Shown here: positions 21,201 to 33,428 of the stretch, piece by piece
How positions within the stretch are numbered: the stretch's first letter is position 1
Layout: each line of letters begins with the position of its first letter
NCBI RefSeq assembly: GCF_009834535.1
Contig: NC_045696.1
Span: forward strand, 69,132,001-69,196,000
Direction: 5' to 3'
Source: Camelus ferus
Taxonomy: Eukaryota
Length of the DNA: 64,000 nt
Program-made: the position numbers and the translations under genes
Notes under the pieces: generated by a model
The model's database searches: none
Seen by the model: the letters and a program-made list of their open reading frames with translations, nothing else
Told to the model about the DNA's origin: nothing

Positions 21201-23493
21201 ACTGTCACTTTGGTTCAGACCATGGAGAAAATCATTGTGGGATCCCCTTTAACCATTTTTTGTACCTCATGCAGTAGAAACCTCCTGAATTCTCATCACA
21301 ACATTTCTCAGCCAGCCACCTCACCTCCTACAAAGTCCTTTTGTTAACTGCTACTCACATAACTCTTCTACGCTGTAATAGCCTTAATTTGGCTACTCTT
21401 CTCCCTCCATCACTGACAAAGTCTCTCAGGACTGCTTAGCACTGATGAACCACCTGGCTTCTCAAAATGACCTGCAGGAAATTCCACTGAGTAATGCTGA
21501 CTTCTCATGGTTCACTGATGGTTTTCATTTAAAGTGGCGATGGGAAATACCATGCTGGATATACCATTACGACTCCTTTTGATGGTGTTGAAGCAGCATC
21601 TTTACCTACAGCTGCTTTGGCCCAACAGGCTGAATTATGCACCCTTACACAGGCTTATACTTTAGCCAAGGACAAATTTGCCAATATTTATACTAATAGT
21701 AAATAGGCTTTCAGAGTAGCTCTTGCTTTTAGAACATTTTAGGAACAATGTGGCTTCCTTACATCCACTGGAAATAAAATTAAAAATCGCCCCTAAGTTT
21801 AGGATTTATTAAATGCAATTCTTTTACTTGCCACTTTAGTTATTATTAAGATCCTGGGGCATTCTAAACTTGACTCTCTGGAGGCTAAGGGAAATCACCT
21901 GGCTGAGATTTCTGCAAGGAGTGCTGCCCTTAAAGGGATCAACAGCAGCCAAACCTCTGTCCTAGTTCAAAGGGATTCTTCCCTAATGATCATTTAGAAA
22001 AACTGGCTAGAGAGGTCCCAAAATTGGCCTCAGAAAAAGAAAAATAAGATTGGAAATTCAGCAGTTGTTGGTTAGGTAAAAAGAGAAAGCTCTAGTTTGG
22101 ACCAAATAACAACCCAGTCCTACTGGAGATTCTAAAATTCCCACTCCTCACCACCACACCTACATTAAACCATTGGTCTCCCGACAAAATGGTAACATTC
22201 ATGAGTCAATATTGGTGGGGAAACATAACAAGGCTACAAAAAGTGCCTACCTCACTGGTCCCACTTCTCCAAAGTAAAACCCAAAGAAGCCTGTTCATAC
22301 TTCTCTCAGACATTTTTAACTGCCAAATGGACCATTCAAGGCCTGGAAAAAGAATTTCATGCAATGTCCTCAGTCTAATGAATATAAATATATTCTGGTC
22401 ATGGTCTATGTGTTTTCATACTGAACTGAAGCCTTCCCTTACAGACAGGCTACTGCCTCTTCTATGGCAAAGTCCCTTCTGGAAAAAGTTCTCCCTACCT
22501 GAAGAACTCCTCTCAAATTCCATAGTGATTGAGGAACACATTTTACTTGCCAGGGGCTTTGACAAATATGTGCTGCTTGGTTGCTATTACAACATTTGCA
22601 TTGTGCTTACCACCCTCGGTCCTCTGGTTTGACTAATAACACCATTAAGGCTCAATTGGCAAAATCTGTAGAGGCCCTCCATTACCTTGGCCAAAAGCAC
22701 TGCTGTTAGTCCTTCTAAATCTCAGATCCACCCCCTTTGGAACTCATAAGCCCTTACCCTTTGAGATAGTCACAGAACACAGTAAAGATTTTCAGGAACT
22801 GAAGCAGACAACATCTGATGAGATGGCTTTCCCAAGATACCCAGGCCAGTCCTGTTGGAAGTCTGTCACCAAATCTTTGATGATGAAATAACACTTTAGA
22901 TGATCTCCATTGTCTATGATCTTGATAAAATATGGACTTTAGATAAAAAGGGCCAGATAATTCTCCCTCCTACCCCGTCTTGTTACTCAAACGTGACCTT
23001 AATAGATTTCCAATCTGTGTACTATCCTTTCAGCATAAGACACCACACCCAGGAAAGGTCTTTCCTGATAATGAGGGACAAAAAGCTACTGAAACTGGAA
23101 AATCTGACTCTTACTCAGAGATGCTTTCTGAGAAAGGTCTTGATCAAAAGGGGAAAGTGTAAAAATTAATCAACCAAAACCTCAACTAAATAGAGTTGGG
23201 AGACCAGAAGGGGGAGCTCTCACCTGTGACAACAGCAGAGCCCAACAGGAAGAAGAAAGACTTCTCTTCCTTCCTGGTAGGGACCCAGCCAATGAAAAGC
23301 CATGGATTCTTTGTTTACTATGCCTCTCCCAGCTTCCTTTTCCTCTCTATAAAATTGTTCCCCTTCCCTTGCTGTCTGGGAATTGGCATGTGGCTCTCCA
23401 CAGTTGCAGAGCCCAAATCACAATTCTCTGCTGATCCTAAATAAACCCATCTTGGCTGCAGAATCTCCTCAGTCTATTTGTTTCAGGTCAACA
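18232..23493 (+). mobile_element. Decayed class I (gammaretrovirus-like) endogenous retrovirus: truncated 5' LTR, gag-pro-pol remnants, polypurine tract (PPT), full 3' LTR
   Basis: LTR homology 18232-18340 vs 23158-23274; Gag Zn knuckle CYYCKEPGHWRRDC 19463-19504; RT motifs MPQG 20512 and LQYVDDLL (YVDD 20610-20621); RNase H WFTDG 21508-21522 and AQQAEL ~21620; integrase remnants ~22300-22780; PPT aaaaggggaaag 23146-23157; many stops and frameshifts. Confidence 0.92.
23158..23493 (+). mobile_element. 3' LTR of the ERV
   Basis: Starts TG right after the PPT and ends CA; CCAAT 23289-23293, TATAAAA 23348-23354, AATAAA 23440-23445. Confidence 0.85.
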
Positions 23494-23710
23494 TCAGAAA
23501 GAGGACGACTCTTAAGTAAGGTCATCAGAGAAACTCAGCTAAAAGTAAGTCATTACAAAGAGAGAGGTGGGAGACACATTTATCCATGGCATGAGGCTTT
23601 GATGAGCCATGGCGTGAGCAGGGAGGCGGCCCAGTGTACAAGTGAACAGTTTAGTCTAATTTCCACTTCCAGGCAATATGATGAGACCAGCAGGAGTCAA
23701 AAAGACACAC

Positions 23711-23716
23711 TTTATT
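23711..23716 (-). terminator. FETUB polyadenylation signal
   Basis: tttatt (AATAAA on minus strand) ~96 nt after the stop, followed on the transcript strand by a GU/U-rich tract gtgtgtcttttt. Confidence 0.7.
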
Positions 23717-23811
23717 AGCCCTCTCTACATTTGAACTCTTTCTGTCCCCCCCTCCCCACCCCCTCTCCCCTCTCGCAGGGCACTGTGTCCCCAGGAATCC
23801 TCTACATGTTC

Positions 23812-24159
23812 TCATGGTGGGAGAATAAGAGGGTTAGCATTTTGAGCTGGTCCTGGGCACTCAGCAGAGCGTTGTTCTTTTGAGGGGAAAGGCAGGACAA
23901 CCAGCTCCTCCTCCACAGGCTCCAGGAGGAGGAAGGAGACATCTAGCGGTTCTCCCTGGGGATTCGTGGTTAGATCCAGCTGCACAGGGAAGGCCTCAAC
24001 AGGGCCCTTCCCCTGGGACTGTCCAGAGTCTTCGTCATCCAAGGAGGGGAGGCACAGGATAGCTCCTTCTGACACGGCCTTCTGCCTGGGCTCTTCCTCT
24101 TTGGGGAGTTTTGTGGGTCCCTGGTTAGCAGTAGTGTTTTGGCCTCCAGGGGTGGGAAC
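23812..24159 (-). CDS. FETUB: Fetuin-B exon 7 (C-terminal region)
   Basis: cag|GTT; VPTPGGQNTTANQGPTKLPKEEEPRQK...AFPVQLDLTTNPQGEPLDVSFLLLEP...AECPGPAQNANPLILPP*. Confidence 0.96.
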   Translation of the reverse strand, partial: VPTPGGQNTTANQGPTKLPKEEEPRQKAVSEGAILCLPSLDDEDSGQSQGKGPVEAFPVQLDLTTNPQGEPLDVSFLLLEPVEEELVVLPFPSKEQRSAECPGPAQNANPLILPP

Positions 24160-25048
24160 CTGGAATAAGAATGCTTTTGAATGAAGGAATATCCTCCAGG
24201 AAAATTCCTGCCATGCTTGGCCCTAGGTTACGCTGTTCTGAGCCTTTCGGCTGGAATTTTCAAAGGGAGACCAGCTAGGAGAATGGGCCTCTGATTAAAG
24301 GATGAAAAAGCAAAACAGATACAGGCCAGGGGGAACCAAGACCATTAGAAGCTTGACTGCAAGCCTGACAAATTTCAGAGCTGAACAATGATCCAGAGAA
24401 GACAGATGGCTTGTTCGAAGCCCCTAGTGGGCTGTCCTCTCACTCTCAGTGGTGGCAGCAGCAGTCACCTTTAGTGATGGTTTATTCTGCACCAGGCCCT
24501 GGGCAATGACCCTCAACCAGGCCCTCTCACCTGCTTCTCACAGGGATCTGAAGGATCTTGGTTGCCATATAGATGAGGCAACCAAGACTCAGAGAGGTAA
24601 GAACTTGCCCATGTTCACACAGCTGGTAGGTGGCAGGTGGGACTGGAACCCTGGTGACCTGTCTCAACCATCCTCTCAACTATGCCAGGCTGCCTCAGAG
24701 GAAGCGCTCAATAAATACTTCTGGAAAGGGAGTCAGTATTTCCATGGAAACAACTTCTACCTATGATTCAGGGTCAGGGTCTTTGGGACACTGAACTTAA
24801 TGTCTCAGAGGCCTGCCCCATTCGAGCAACAGGAGCCTTAGTTACTCTGTAGGACTATGTTGTAACTAAAAGAAAGGGTGACAGGTCTTTAATCAGCTAC
24901 CCTGTGGATGTGGGCTTAGGACAGCCTGAATAAAGTAGTGATCACAGATTTTAGGAAAATAAAGGGAGAGGGTAGTGTAGGGGCAACTAAAATATAAATA
25001 ATCTGCTCTCTTACTCACAGAAAGACAAACAATTAGATAGAAAAATAC

Positions 25049-25141
25049 CTGTGATTTAAAGAATTCACAAGTCACCCAGACTAACTTTTCTGTGTCGTCG
25101 TCTTCATTTCGATTCAGAGAACCTTTGCAGAGACCAACAGG
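25049..25141 (-). CDS. FETUB: Fetuin-B exon 6
   Basis: tag|CCT...CAG|gtattt; PVGLCKGSLNRNEDDDTEKLVWVTCEFFKSQ; 93 nt. Confidence 0.95.
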
Positions 25142-26184
25142 CTAAAGAAAAAGAAAATACAACGTCACATGTGTATTACGGTTATCCGTGATCATAAATG
25201 GAAATCAGCATGCCTTCTGCTTACACACACACACAGCCAATCAACACACTTATGCTCCTGCCATGTAATAGACTCTGAGCCAATTCTTTAGACCATCCCT
25301 ATCAAATAATCACCCAAACTAGGTTAAATTGCCTCCAATGAGAGAAATTCAGCATTTCTTGAGGAACACACTCTTTAAGAAAATTCCTTGAATTGAGCAG
25401 AAATCTGTGTCTATAGAACAGACAAAGAAATCTGCGTCTATCTCTTGGTCACACTTCTACCCTTGGGTCAGTTAGCAAACTTGTTTTCATCTCTCATCCA
25501 GCAGTGTTTTACGTATGTTCTGCCTGAATTTTTGCTTCTCAGACAAGACCACTCTCAGTTCCTTCAACTTTTATTTATTTGAAAATAAAATAAGTGTGTT
25601 TCTTATTGTAAATGTAATAAATAGTTGTTTACAATATAGATAAACAAAAAGAAAATAAGAAGACCTGTAATTGCATGAAATGATTTCCTGACATGATTTG
25701 ATTTCTTTTCTTCTAATCTTTTTTCCTATACATATCTACTTTACTTCCAGAAAAATATGATTCTACTATACATAATCTCTAATAACTCTCCTTTATCACT
25801 TAACAATATATTGTGAAAATCCTTTTATGACATTGAATAGTTTTCTATGATTTTCTTTATAATGGCAACTCAATATCCCTCTGTGTTATTTAACAAGTTC
25901 TCTTTTATTAGACACTAGATTGAATGTAATTTATGTTTAAACACTGAAGCTATATCTTTTCATATATCTCTAGTTATTTCCTTAGGATAAATTCCTAGAA
26001 GAGAAATTTTAGAGTCATAGAGTATGCACTTCTTCAAGTGTAAATAGGGGGCCAGTGTAGACCAAGAGAAAATCACAACTACAGGTCCAGTTATGTAAAG
26101 ATTTTAAACTCTTTTCTCTAATCCTCTCCTATTCTTCTTGGAACTTGGAAGAGCCAGAATTAAATAAAAAATTGCAGGAGGGGC

Positions 26185-29100
26185 ACACTATGGGTAGAGA
26201 TGTAAACTGGTGCAGCTACAACGAAAGCAGCATGGAGGTTCCTCAAAAAACTGAAAAATACGGAATGCTTTACCTAACAACAGCAGAATACACGTTCTTC
26301 TCAAGTGTACGTGGAACATTCTCTAAGATATACCTTATATTAAACCATAAAACAAGCTTCAATAAATTTAAAAGAATTGAGATCACATAAAGTACATTCT
26401 CCAATCATAATGGGATGAAATTAGAAATGAATAACAGAAGGAAATTGGAATTTTCACAAATATGTGGAAATTAAATAATGTACTCCTAAAAAATCAATTG
26501 GTCAAGGAAGAAATCACAAGGAAAATTAGAAAATATTTTGAGATGAATGGAAGCAAAAACAACATGTGTAACTTGTAAGATGCAGCTCAGTCATTGCTCA
26601 GAGGGAAATTTTTAAATGTAAATGCTTATGTTAAAACAAAAAATAAAGATTGTAAATCAATAACCTAAACTTCTACCTTAAAAAGCTAGAAAAAGAAGAG
26701 TAAACTAAGCCCAAAGCTTGTAAAAGGAATGTGAAAATAAAGAGTAGAGAGGAAATAAATGAACTAGACAATAAAAACAAACAATGAAAATAAATGAAAC
26801 TGAAAGTTAATTCTTTGAAAAGATCAATAAAATTGACAAAGCTTTAGATAAACTGACCAAGAAAAAAATGACTCAGATTACTATAATTGGAATTAAATAG
26901 GGTACACCATTTCTAATCTTTCAGAAATAAAAGTGAGATGCTATGAACAATTGTATGCTGGCAAATTAGATAACTTAGAGGAGATGGACAAATTCCTAGG
27001 AAGATACAAACTACCAAGACTTACTCAAGAAGAAATATAAAATCTGAATAAACCTATAACAAGAGATTGAATTATTAATCAAACAAACTTCCCACAAAGA
27101 AAAGCCTGGGTGAATTCCATCAAATATTTGAAGAAGAATACCAGTCCTTCACAAACTCTTCCAAAATAAAACAGAAGAGGAGGGAAATTTTCCCAACTCA
27201 CTCTATAAAGCCAATATTAAACTCATATGAAAATCAGGCAGATACAACACAGGAAAGCAATAGATCGATATCTCTTATAAATATAGATTTAAAAAATTTA
27301 AAAAAGAAACCCACTGGCAAGCTGAATTCAGGAACATATAAAAGGAATAATGCACCATGATCAACTGGGATTCATCCCCAAAGTGCAAGACTGTTCGAAA
27401 GTATAAAAACCTTTGTTATATACAATGTTGATAGATTAAAGGAGAAAAAAAACTCATGACTATCTCATTAACACAGAAAAAGCATTTGACAAACTCCAAC
27501 ACTGTTTCTTGATTAAAAACATTTGGAAAAACTAGGAATAGAAAGGAACTTTGTCAAGTTTAGATAAAGAGCAGCTATAAAAAACCTACAGTTACCATCA
27601 TATTAAATTTTGAAATACTGAATGCTTTTCTCCTAAAATCAGGAATACGAGAAGGATATCTGTTCTCCCACCTCTTTTCAACATTATACTGGTAGTATGA
27701 GTCAGGGAAATTAGGTTAAGAATTAAAAGTCATGCAGATTGGAAAGGAAGAAATAAAACTCTATTTATAGAACTCATGATCTTGTACACAGAAAATCCTA
27801 AGGAATCTACTAGAAAACTATTAGAACTAATAAGTGAGTTCAGCAAGGTTACAGGATACAAAGTCAATAAATAAAAATCAATTGTGTTTCTATATATCAA
27901 TAATTTAAAAATAAAATTAAGACAAATACATTATATCCGCATCAAAGAGAATAAAACACTTAGGTATACAAAAAAGTTAAAGTCTTGTACACTGAAAACT
28001 ACAAAACATTGCTGAAAGAAATTAAATAAGTCCTAAACAAATAGAAAGACATCCCATATTCATGGACTGGAAGAATTAATATTTTTAAGATGACAGTGTT
28101 TTCCACCTTGGTCTACAGATTCAATGCAATCCCTATCAAATTTCCAACTGTTTTATAAAAATAGAAACTGACAAGCTTATTCTAAAGCTGATTTATTATA
28201 AAAATGAAAGACATCCAGAATACCCAAAACAATCTTGAATAAGAAGAGCAAAATAGGATGACCCATACTTCCCAATTCAAAACTTTCTACAAAACTACAG
28301 TGTTGGAGATAGTGCAGTACTGATGTAAGAACAGATATGCAGGTCAGTGGAATAAAATTGAGGGTACAGAAATAAACCCTTACATTTACAGTCAATGGAT
28401 CCCAAAAAGTATGCCAATACAATTAAATAGGGGAAATAACACCCTTTTCAACAAATAGTGCTGGGACAACTGGATAGTCACAAGCAGAAGACTGAAGTTG
28501 AATCTCTAGCCTCACACCATATATAAAAACTAACTCAAAAATGGGTCAGAGACCTAAAGCTAAAACTATAAAAGTCTTAGAGGAATAGGTGGGAGTAAAT
28601 CTTAGTGATCTTGGAACAGGGAATAGATTCCTAGCTATGACACGTAACGCATATTCAACAGAAGAAAAATATATAAATAGGACTTAATCAAAATTAAAAA
28701 CTTGTACTTCAAAGAACAGCATCAAGAAAATGAACAGACAACTCAGAGGAGAAAATATTTGAAAATCATATATCTGATAAGAGGGTCATATCCAGAACAC
28801 ATAAAAAATTCTTACAATTCAACAATAAAGAGATAAATAATCCAATTTTGAATGAGAAAGGTTTTGAATAGACATTTCTCCAAAGAATACATACAAATGG
28901 CCAAAACGCACATTAAAAGATACTTAACATCATTAGCCATGAGAAAAAAAATACAACCAAAATAAGAAACCACTTCACACTCAGTAAGATATCTATAATA
29001 AAAATGACAGATAATAATAATAATAAGCAAAAATGTGGAGAAACTGAAACCCTATACATTGCTGATGGGTTTGTGAAACTGATGCAGTCACTTTGGAAAA

Positions 29101-29705
29101 CAGTTTGTAGTCAAAAGGTTAAATGTAGGCTTCTCATATGACCCAGCAATGCCACTCCAAGGTATATACCCAAAAGAAATGAAACCACACGTACACATAA
29201 AAACTTTTACATGAATGTTCATGTAACGTAGCACTGTTACTAATATCTCAAATGAGGAAACAACTCAAATATCCATCAACTGATGAATGGAAAACAATAC
29301 CTGGTATATCCATGTAATGGAATATTATTTGACCATTAAAAGAAATGAAGCACTGATACCTGTTAAACAGAGATAACCGTGGAAAACATTTTGCTAAATG
29401 AAAGAAGCCAGACACAAAAGGCCACATAGAGTATGATTCTGTTATATAAAATGTTTTTTTTTTTTTAAAAAAGGTGAAGTCACAAAGATAGTAAGTAGAT
29501 TAGTGGTTTCCAGGGGCATAGGTGAGGGGGCAAGGGAATGACTGCTAATGGGTCTGGAGTTTCTTTCTGAGTTGATGAAATATTCTAAAATTAGATACTG
29601 GTGATGGTGGCACAGCTCTGTGAATAGACTAGAAGACACTGAGTTGTACACCATAGAAGTCTGAATTTTATGGTGTGTGAATGATATCTTAATAAAGCTG
29701 TTATT
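26185..29705 (+). mobile_element. Degenerate 5'-truncated L1 (ORF2 remnants plus L1MB-type 3' UTR) in FETUB intron 5, antisense to FETUB
   Basis: ORF2 endonuclease-region text (TAEYTFFSSVRGTFSKI...), RT-region remnants (gaaaaagcatttgacaaa, tacagattcaatgcaatccctatcaaa), ends aataaagctgtt; A-rich plus strand, many stops. Confidence 0.9.
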
Positions 29706-30202
29706 ACAAATAAGTGAATAAGAGGGGAAAAGGCTTCTGGTTGCCTAATTGTGCAACGATACACTGTGCCAACTGATGTTCCTACCAGGTGTGCTTTAGG
29801 CGGTTTCAAGGCACCCTCCCCAGTTAGCTACATTCTTTGAGAGAAGGCCTGTTTGACTTTGTCCTTCTTAAAGAGTGGTTCAAGGAGAGCAACACCATGC
29901 TGTATTCCCAATGTGACTGGCTTTGTTCAGATTAAAGCGGGACCACCACCAACCACTGAGATTTGTCTATATTTTACAGCCTCTTATGATCATTTTTCTG
30001 CGAACGTATCAGATTTCTGATGAAAACTGCACTTACCATCAAATATTATCACATCTGGGCCATCTCTAGTCAGTCACTCCTTAAGGAGAAGAAAATTATC
30101 TCGTGCATTACAACACCTCATGTATAATTTATGCTCAAAAAATACACACAGATGGTCTGTGAACACAAATCTTAAATTATGAAGACGTTGATGAGTACTC
30201 AC

Positions 30203-30304
30203 CACGGAGTCAGAGGACTGAAGTGCACAGCTGCTGGCCTGGGATATGGTACATGGTGACTCTTTGATTAAATATTCCACAAAGTAGGCAGGGCCAGTCA
30301 CCCA
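30203..30304 (-). CDS. FETUB: Fetuin-B exon 5
   Basis: tag|TGG...GTG|gtgagt; WVTGPAYFVEYLIKESPCTISQASSCALQSSDSV, completing the QWVxGP hairpin; 102 nt. Confidence 0.96.
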
Positions 30305-31044
30305 CTAGTAGGAGACAAGAGTTGAGAAATAAAAATCAAACCTTCCCAAGTGGAGAAATGACTCAGGTTTGGCAGCACTGTATTTACAGAGACCATACAT
30401 TCACAGAGTCACTGTCAACACAGGGGCTAGACTGTTGTGTGTCCCGTAATCCCCGCCATGATCAAACCATGTATTACGATTTTATTATTTAGAAAACATA
30501 TTCACCATGTCTTTCTTCCCTTCTTAAGGATTTGAATGGGTTCTAAAGACTTTCCCTTGGGTGAGCTTATTTTTCCTCACATAAATTTGTTTTCAGATTA
30601 GCTTTTCTCCGTATGAGAGATACCAACATAATTCAAATACAAGTGAGCCGACGTTTCCCCTAACCCATAAAACTCGACATCCACTCCTATACCTAACATG
30701 GAACAGAAGTCAACTTGCTAAATGGTCCGTGGTCAACCAGAAAAGAGAATGTGGTAGGAAATCGCGAACCCAGGTGGAACAACCCAAGGAGTCTGTGTGT
30801 CCATTTCGCTTCTTGCCTTCAGGGCAATGAAGTAAAATCAAACCATACAGCTCTAGTGGAAATCCCACAGAACGACTCAGAAACTAAAACGTGATTGAAT
30901 ACGCATCACGGCCACCAAAGTAGGGAATGAAGAAAAGGCTCTTGGATTCTAATCAAAAGGAGTGCCTTGGTAATGTCCTCTCAGTCTGAGAAGTGTTAGC
31001 AACAGTTTGGAGGCACATTGCTGTAGCCGGGATTGCAGCCTCAC

Positions 31045-31205
31045 CTGACTAGAAGCCTTGGTGATTTTGACGAGAGAATACTTCGAGGTGCTCCTACTGT
31101 TGTATTCTGCAAGAGACTCGGTGACAGCTTCCCAGACTCTGGGTTCTGACAAACCAGCGGGGCCAGGGCAGTCGGGACACATTCTGACAATCGCTAATTG
31201 AGAAA
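31045..31205 (-). CDS. FETUB: Fetuin-B exon 4 (contains the CPDCP trunk)
   Basis: cag|TT...CAG|gtgagg; (V)SQLAIVRMCPDCPGPAGLSEPRVWEAVTESLAEYNSRSTSKYSLVKITKASSQ; 161 nt, phase 1/0. Confidence 0.96.
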
Positions 31206-31495
31206 CTGTTGATGCCAAAGTTTAAAAAGCAGGTTTAAAAAGAAAATGCCTTAATGATTTTTAATCCTATAAATCATACGATTACAACAGAGATAGAGAT
31301 TGAAAGGAAACAAATGCTCAGTGTCAGCAAGAATGGAGTGGCAAAGCATTATCTAGAAAGAAAGTTAGCTTTCTGCAGAGTTTTCTGCAATAAGCATGCA
31401 TTGCTTCCATAATTAAAAAATAATCAAAGCAATATTTTTTCACCTTACACAAATTTTTTACCCCAGGAATTTTGTTTAAAAATACACAAAATAGT

Positions 31496-31654
31496 ACAGT
31501 TGAAATCCTCATTTAACCTTACATCTGGCCTCTGTATCCACCAATTCAACCAACCACAGATGGTGTGATACTGTAGTATGTATTCAGTGAAAAAAATCCA
31601 CCTCTGAGTGGACCCTTATAGTTCAAACCTGTGTTGTTCAAGGGTCAACTGTAC
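31496..31654. mobile_element. TcMar-Tigger-type MITE
   Basis: TA-CAGTTGA ... gtgttgttcaagggTCAACTG-TA: terminal inverted ends with TA duplication. Confidence 0.7.
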
Positions 31655-32445
31655 ATTGGTATAAAAAAAATTTTCCCAGTTAGCACAATATCTTCCACTA
31701 CCATTGCCTCTGTGAAGCAGACTGAATTGGGATTTCATTGCTGTCATGTTTCATTTACCTTTTGGTCTCCAACACTTAACATAATGTCTTATGTGTGGTA
31801 ACCACTTGGTAGATGCCTGCTGAATGGATGAGTGAGTGACTGACATAGGGACGTTGGAGGTACACCCTCTTTGGTTAGAAAATGCAAGTGAGCCATAAAA
31901 TAAAAATTGGTCAAATCACTGTACCAATGGATAGAATAATCACACTAATAGTACAGCTAAAATGTCTGATTGGGAGGAGCTGGGGTGGGAAGCAAAACTA
32001 AGGTAAAAGTCAGACCAGGAAACTTGTCTAGCATGCACATTGCTCTGACCAATTGTGTCTTTATTTGGGTGTTTTGCCGGGGAATTACGTCCACAGCTTG
32101 GCACACCCAGCACCATCCCCACATGTTATTTCCTGACCTCTTACAGCTCTGGTACCTATGACTTCCATTTAAGTCCTGATCTATTTTATTAGTTGTGGTT
32201 CTCTGATTTATTTTAGGGGAGTCTCATCTTCACAGCCAGGAAACTTTACCTCCATTGTCCTGTCCCTCAAAGGAAACAGCAGCCTTCTTACCACCTAGGG
32301 CTTGTTAGAAATGCAGAAACTCAGGCCCCGCTGCAGACCTGGGGAATCAGAACCTGCACTTGAACTAGATCCACCAGGGGACTCACAGGCACATAATAGT
32401 TTGATGGGTAGTCATATCCCATTTCCCCACCCCAAGGAGGCTTAC

Positions 32446-32582
32446 TTTTCTTTTCTTTTTTTTTTTTTTCTTTTAGGGGATTGGATAATTAGGTTATTTA
32501 TTTATTTTTAATGGAGGTACTGGGGATTGAACCCAGGACCTTGTACATGCTAAGCTCACACTCTACCGCTGAGCTATACCCT
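32446..32582 (-). mobile_element. tRNA-derived SINE (vic-1-like), FETUB intron 3
   Basis: ggaggtactggggattgaacccaggacc...ctgagctataccc; TSD aaggaggctt/aaggatgctt. Confidence 0.85.
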
Positions 32583-33340
32583 CTGCACAAGGATGCTTGC
32601 TTTTCAAAGAAGGACCCAGAATAAATGCATGTGCATTTATTCATTTATTCAACAATATTATGGACTCCTTACACTTGATAGGAACTGGGGGAGAGTTGTA
32701 GCAGAGAGGAAGGAGGAAAGGATAAAATGTTCTACACGATATAAGATAGAAGACCCCAAATCAAGGCAGTGCATGGTCTGTGTTTCACGTGTGTATAGGG
32801 ATGTAAAACAGAGGAACACCATTTTTTTGTCTTTTTTTTCCCCCTTGAATAGAGAACACAGTGTTAGAGGCAGCATTGGCAATGGTCTTTAAAGAACAGA
32901 TATGAGTTCCAAGGGCAGAGGTTATGAGGGGAGGGCATCCTCAGCAAAGAGAGAGGCACAGACATGATGCAGTTATTGGAAAGCGTGACGTGTGTTCAGA
33001 AAATAGTGAGACATCCAGTTGAATGGAGTGGAGAGTGGGTGTAGTGAGGGAAATAAGGCAGAAATAGCTAGAAAAGCCTGGGGACAAGTTGTAGAGATTA
33101 TACAATTTATGTCAGACTAAAACTTTAGGATTTGATGTAGGATACCATGTACAGCGATTGCAGGTTATTTAGAAAGATAAATTGTAGGAAGAGGAGCAGC
33201 ACAAGTGTTGGATGTATGAAGAACTTGGCTTTGGAAGGAATAGGAAGGATGGGAGAAACCCTAGACACTGTTGCATAGTATAGTTAAATGCTCTTTGTCC
33301 ATCTAACATTAACGTGAATAAAATCAGAGTGATCTTTTAC

Positions 33341-33428
33341 CTGGGCGAAGAGTACAATTATAAGCAGCTAAATAGAAAATTCTTCTTGCCTCATTAATGT
33401 AAAATATTGCTTTGCATTGACCATAAAC
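33341..33428 (-). CDS. FETUB: Fetuin-B exon 3
   Basis: cag|GTT...CCA G|gtaaaa; VYGQCKAIFYINEARRIFYLAAYNCTLRP; 88 nt, phase 0/1. Confidence 0.96.

Noticed and set aside
22189..22632. 147-aa ORF inside the ERV
   Set aside because: It drifts between frames of a frameshifted integrase remnant, with no intact catalytic domain; not a domesticated gene on this evidence.
25399..25443. Short direct repeats (agaaatctgYgtctat x2; also cctttataag x2 near 45554, ctacttattaa x2 near 43194, tttgtatcta x3 near 60735)
   Set aside because: These are small local slippage duplications with no sign of function.
30030..30075. Strong donor-like ATG|gtaagt on the minus strand in FETUB intron 5, suggesting a cryptic exon
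   Set aside because: The candidate acceptor is weak, the exon would carry an in-frame stop, and FETUB is already complete without it.
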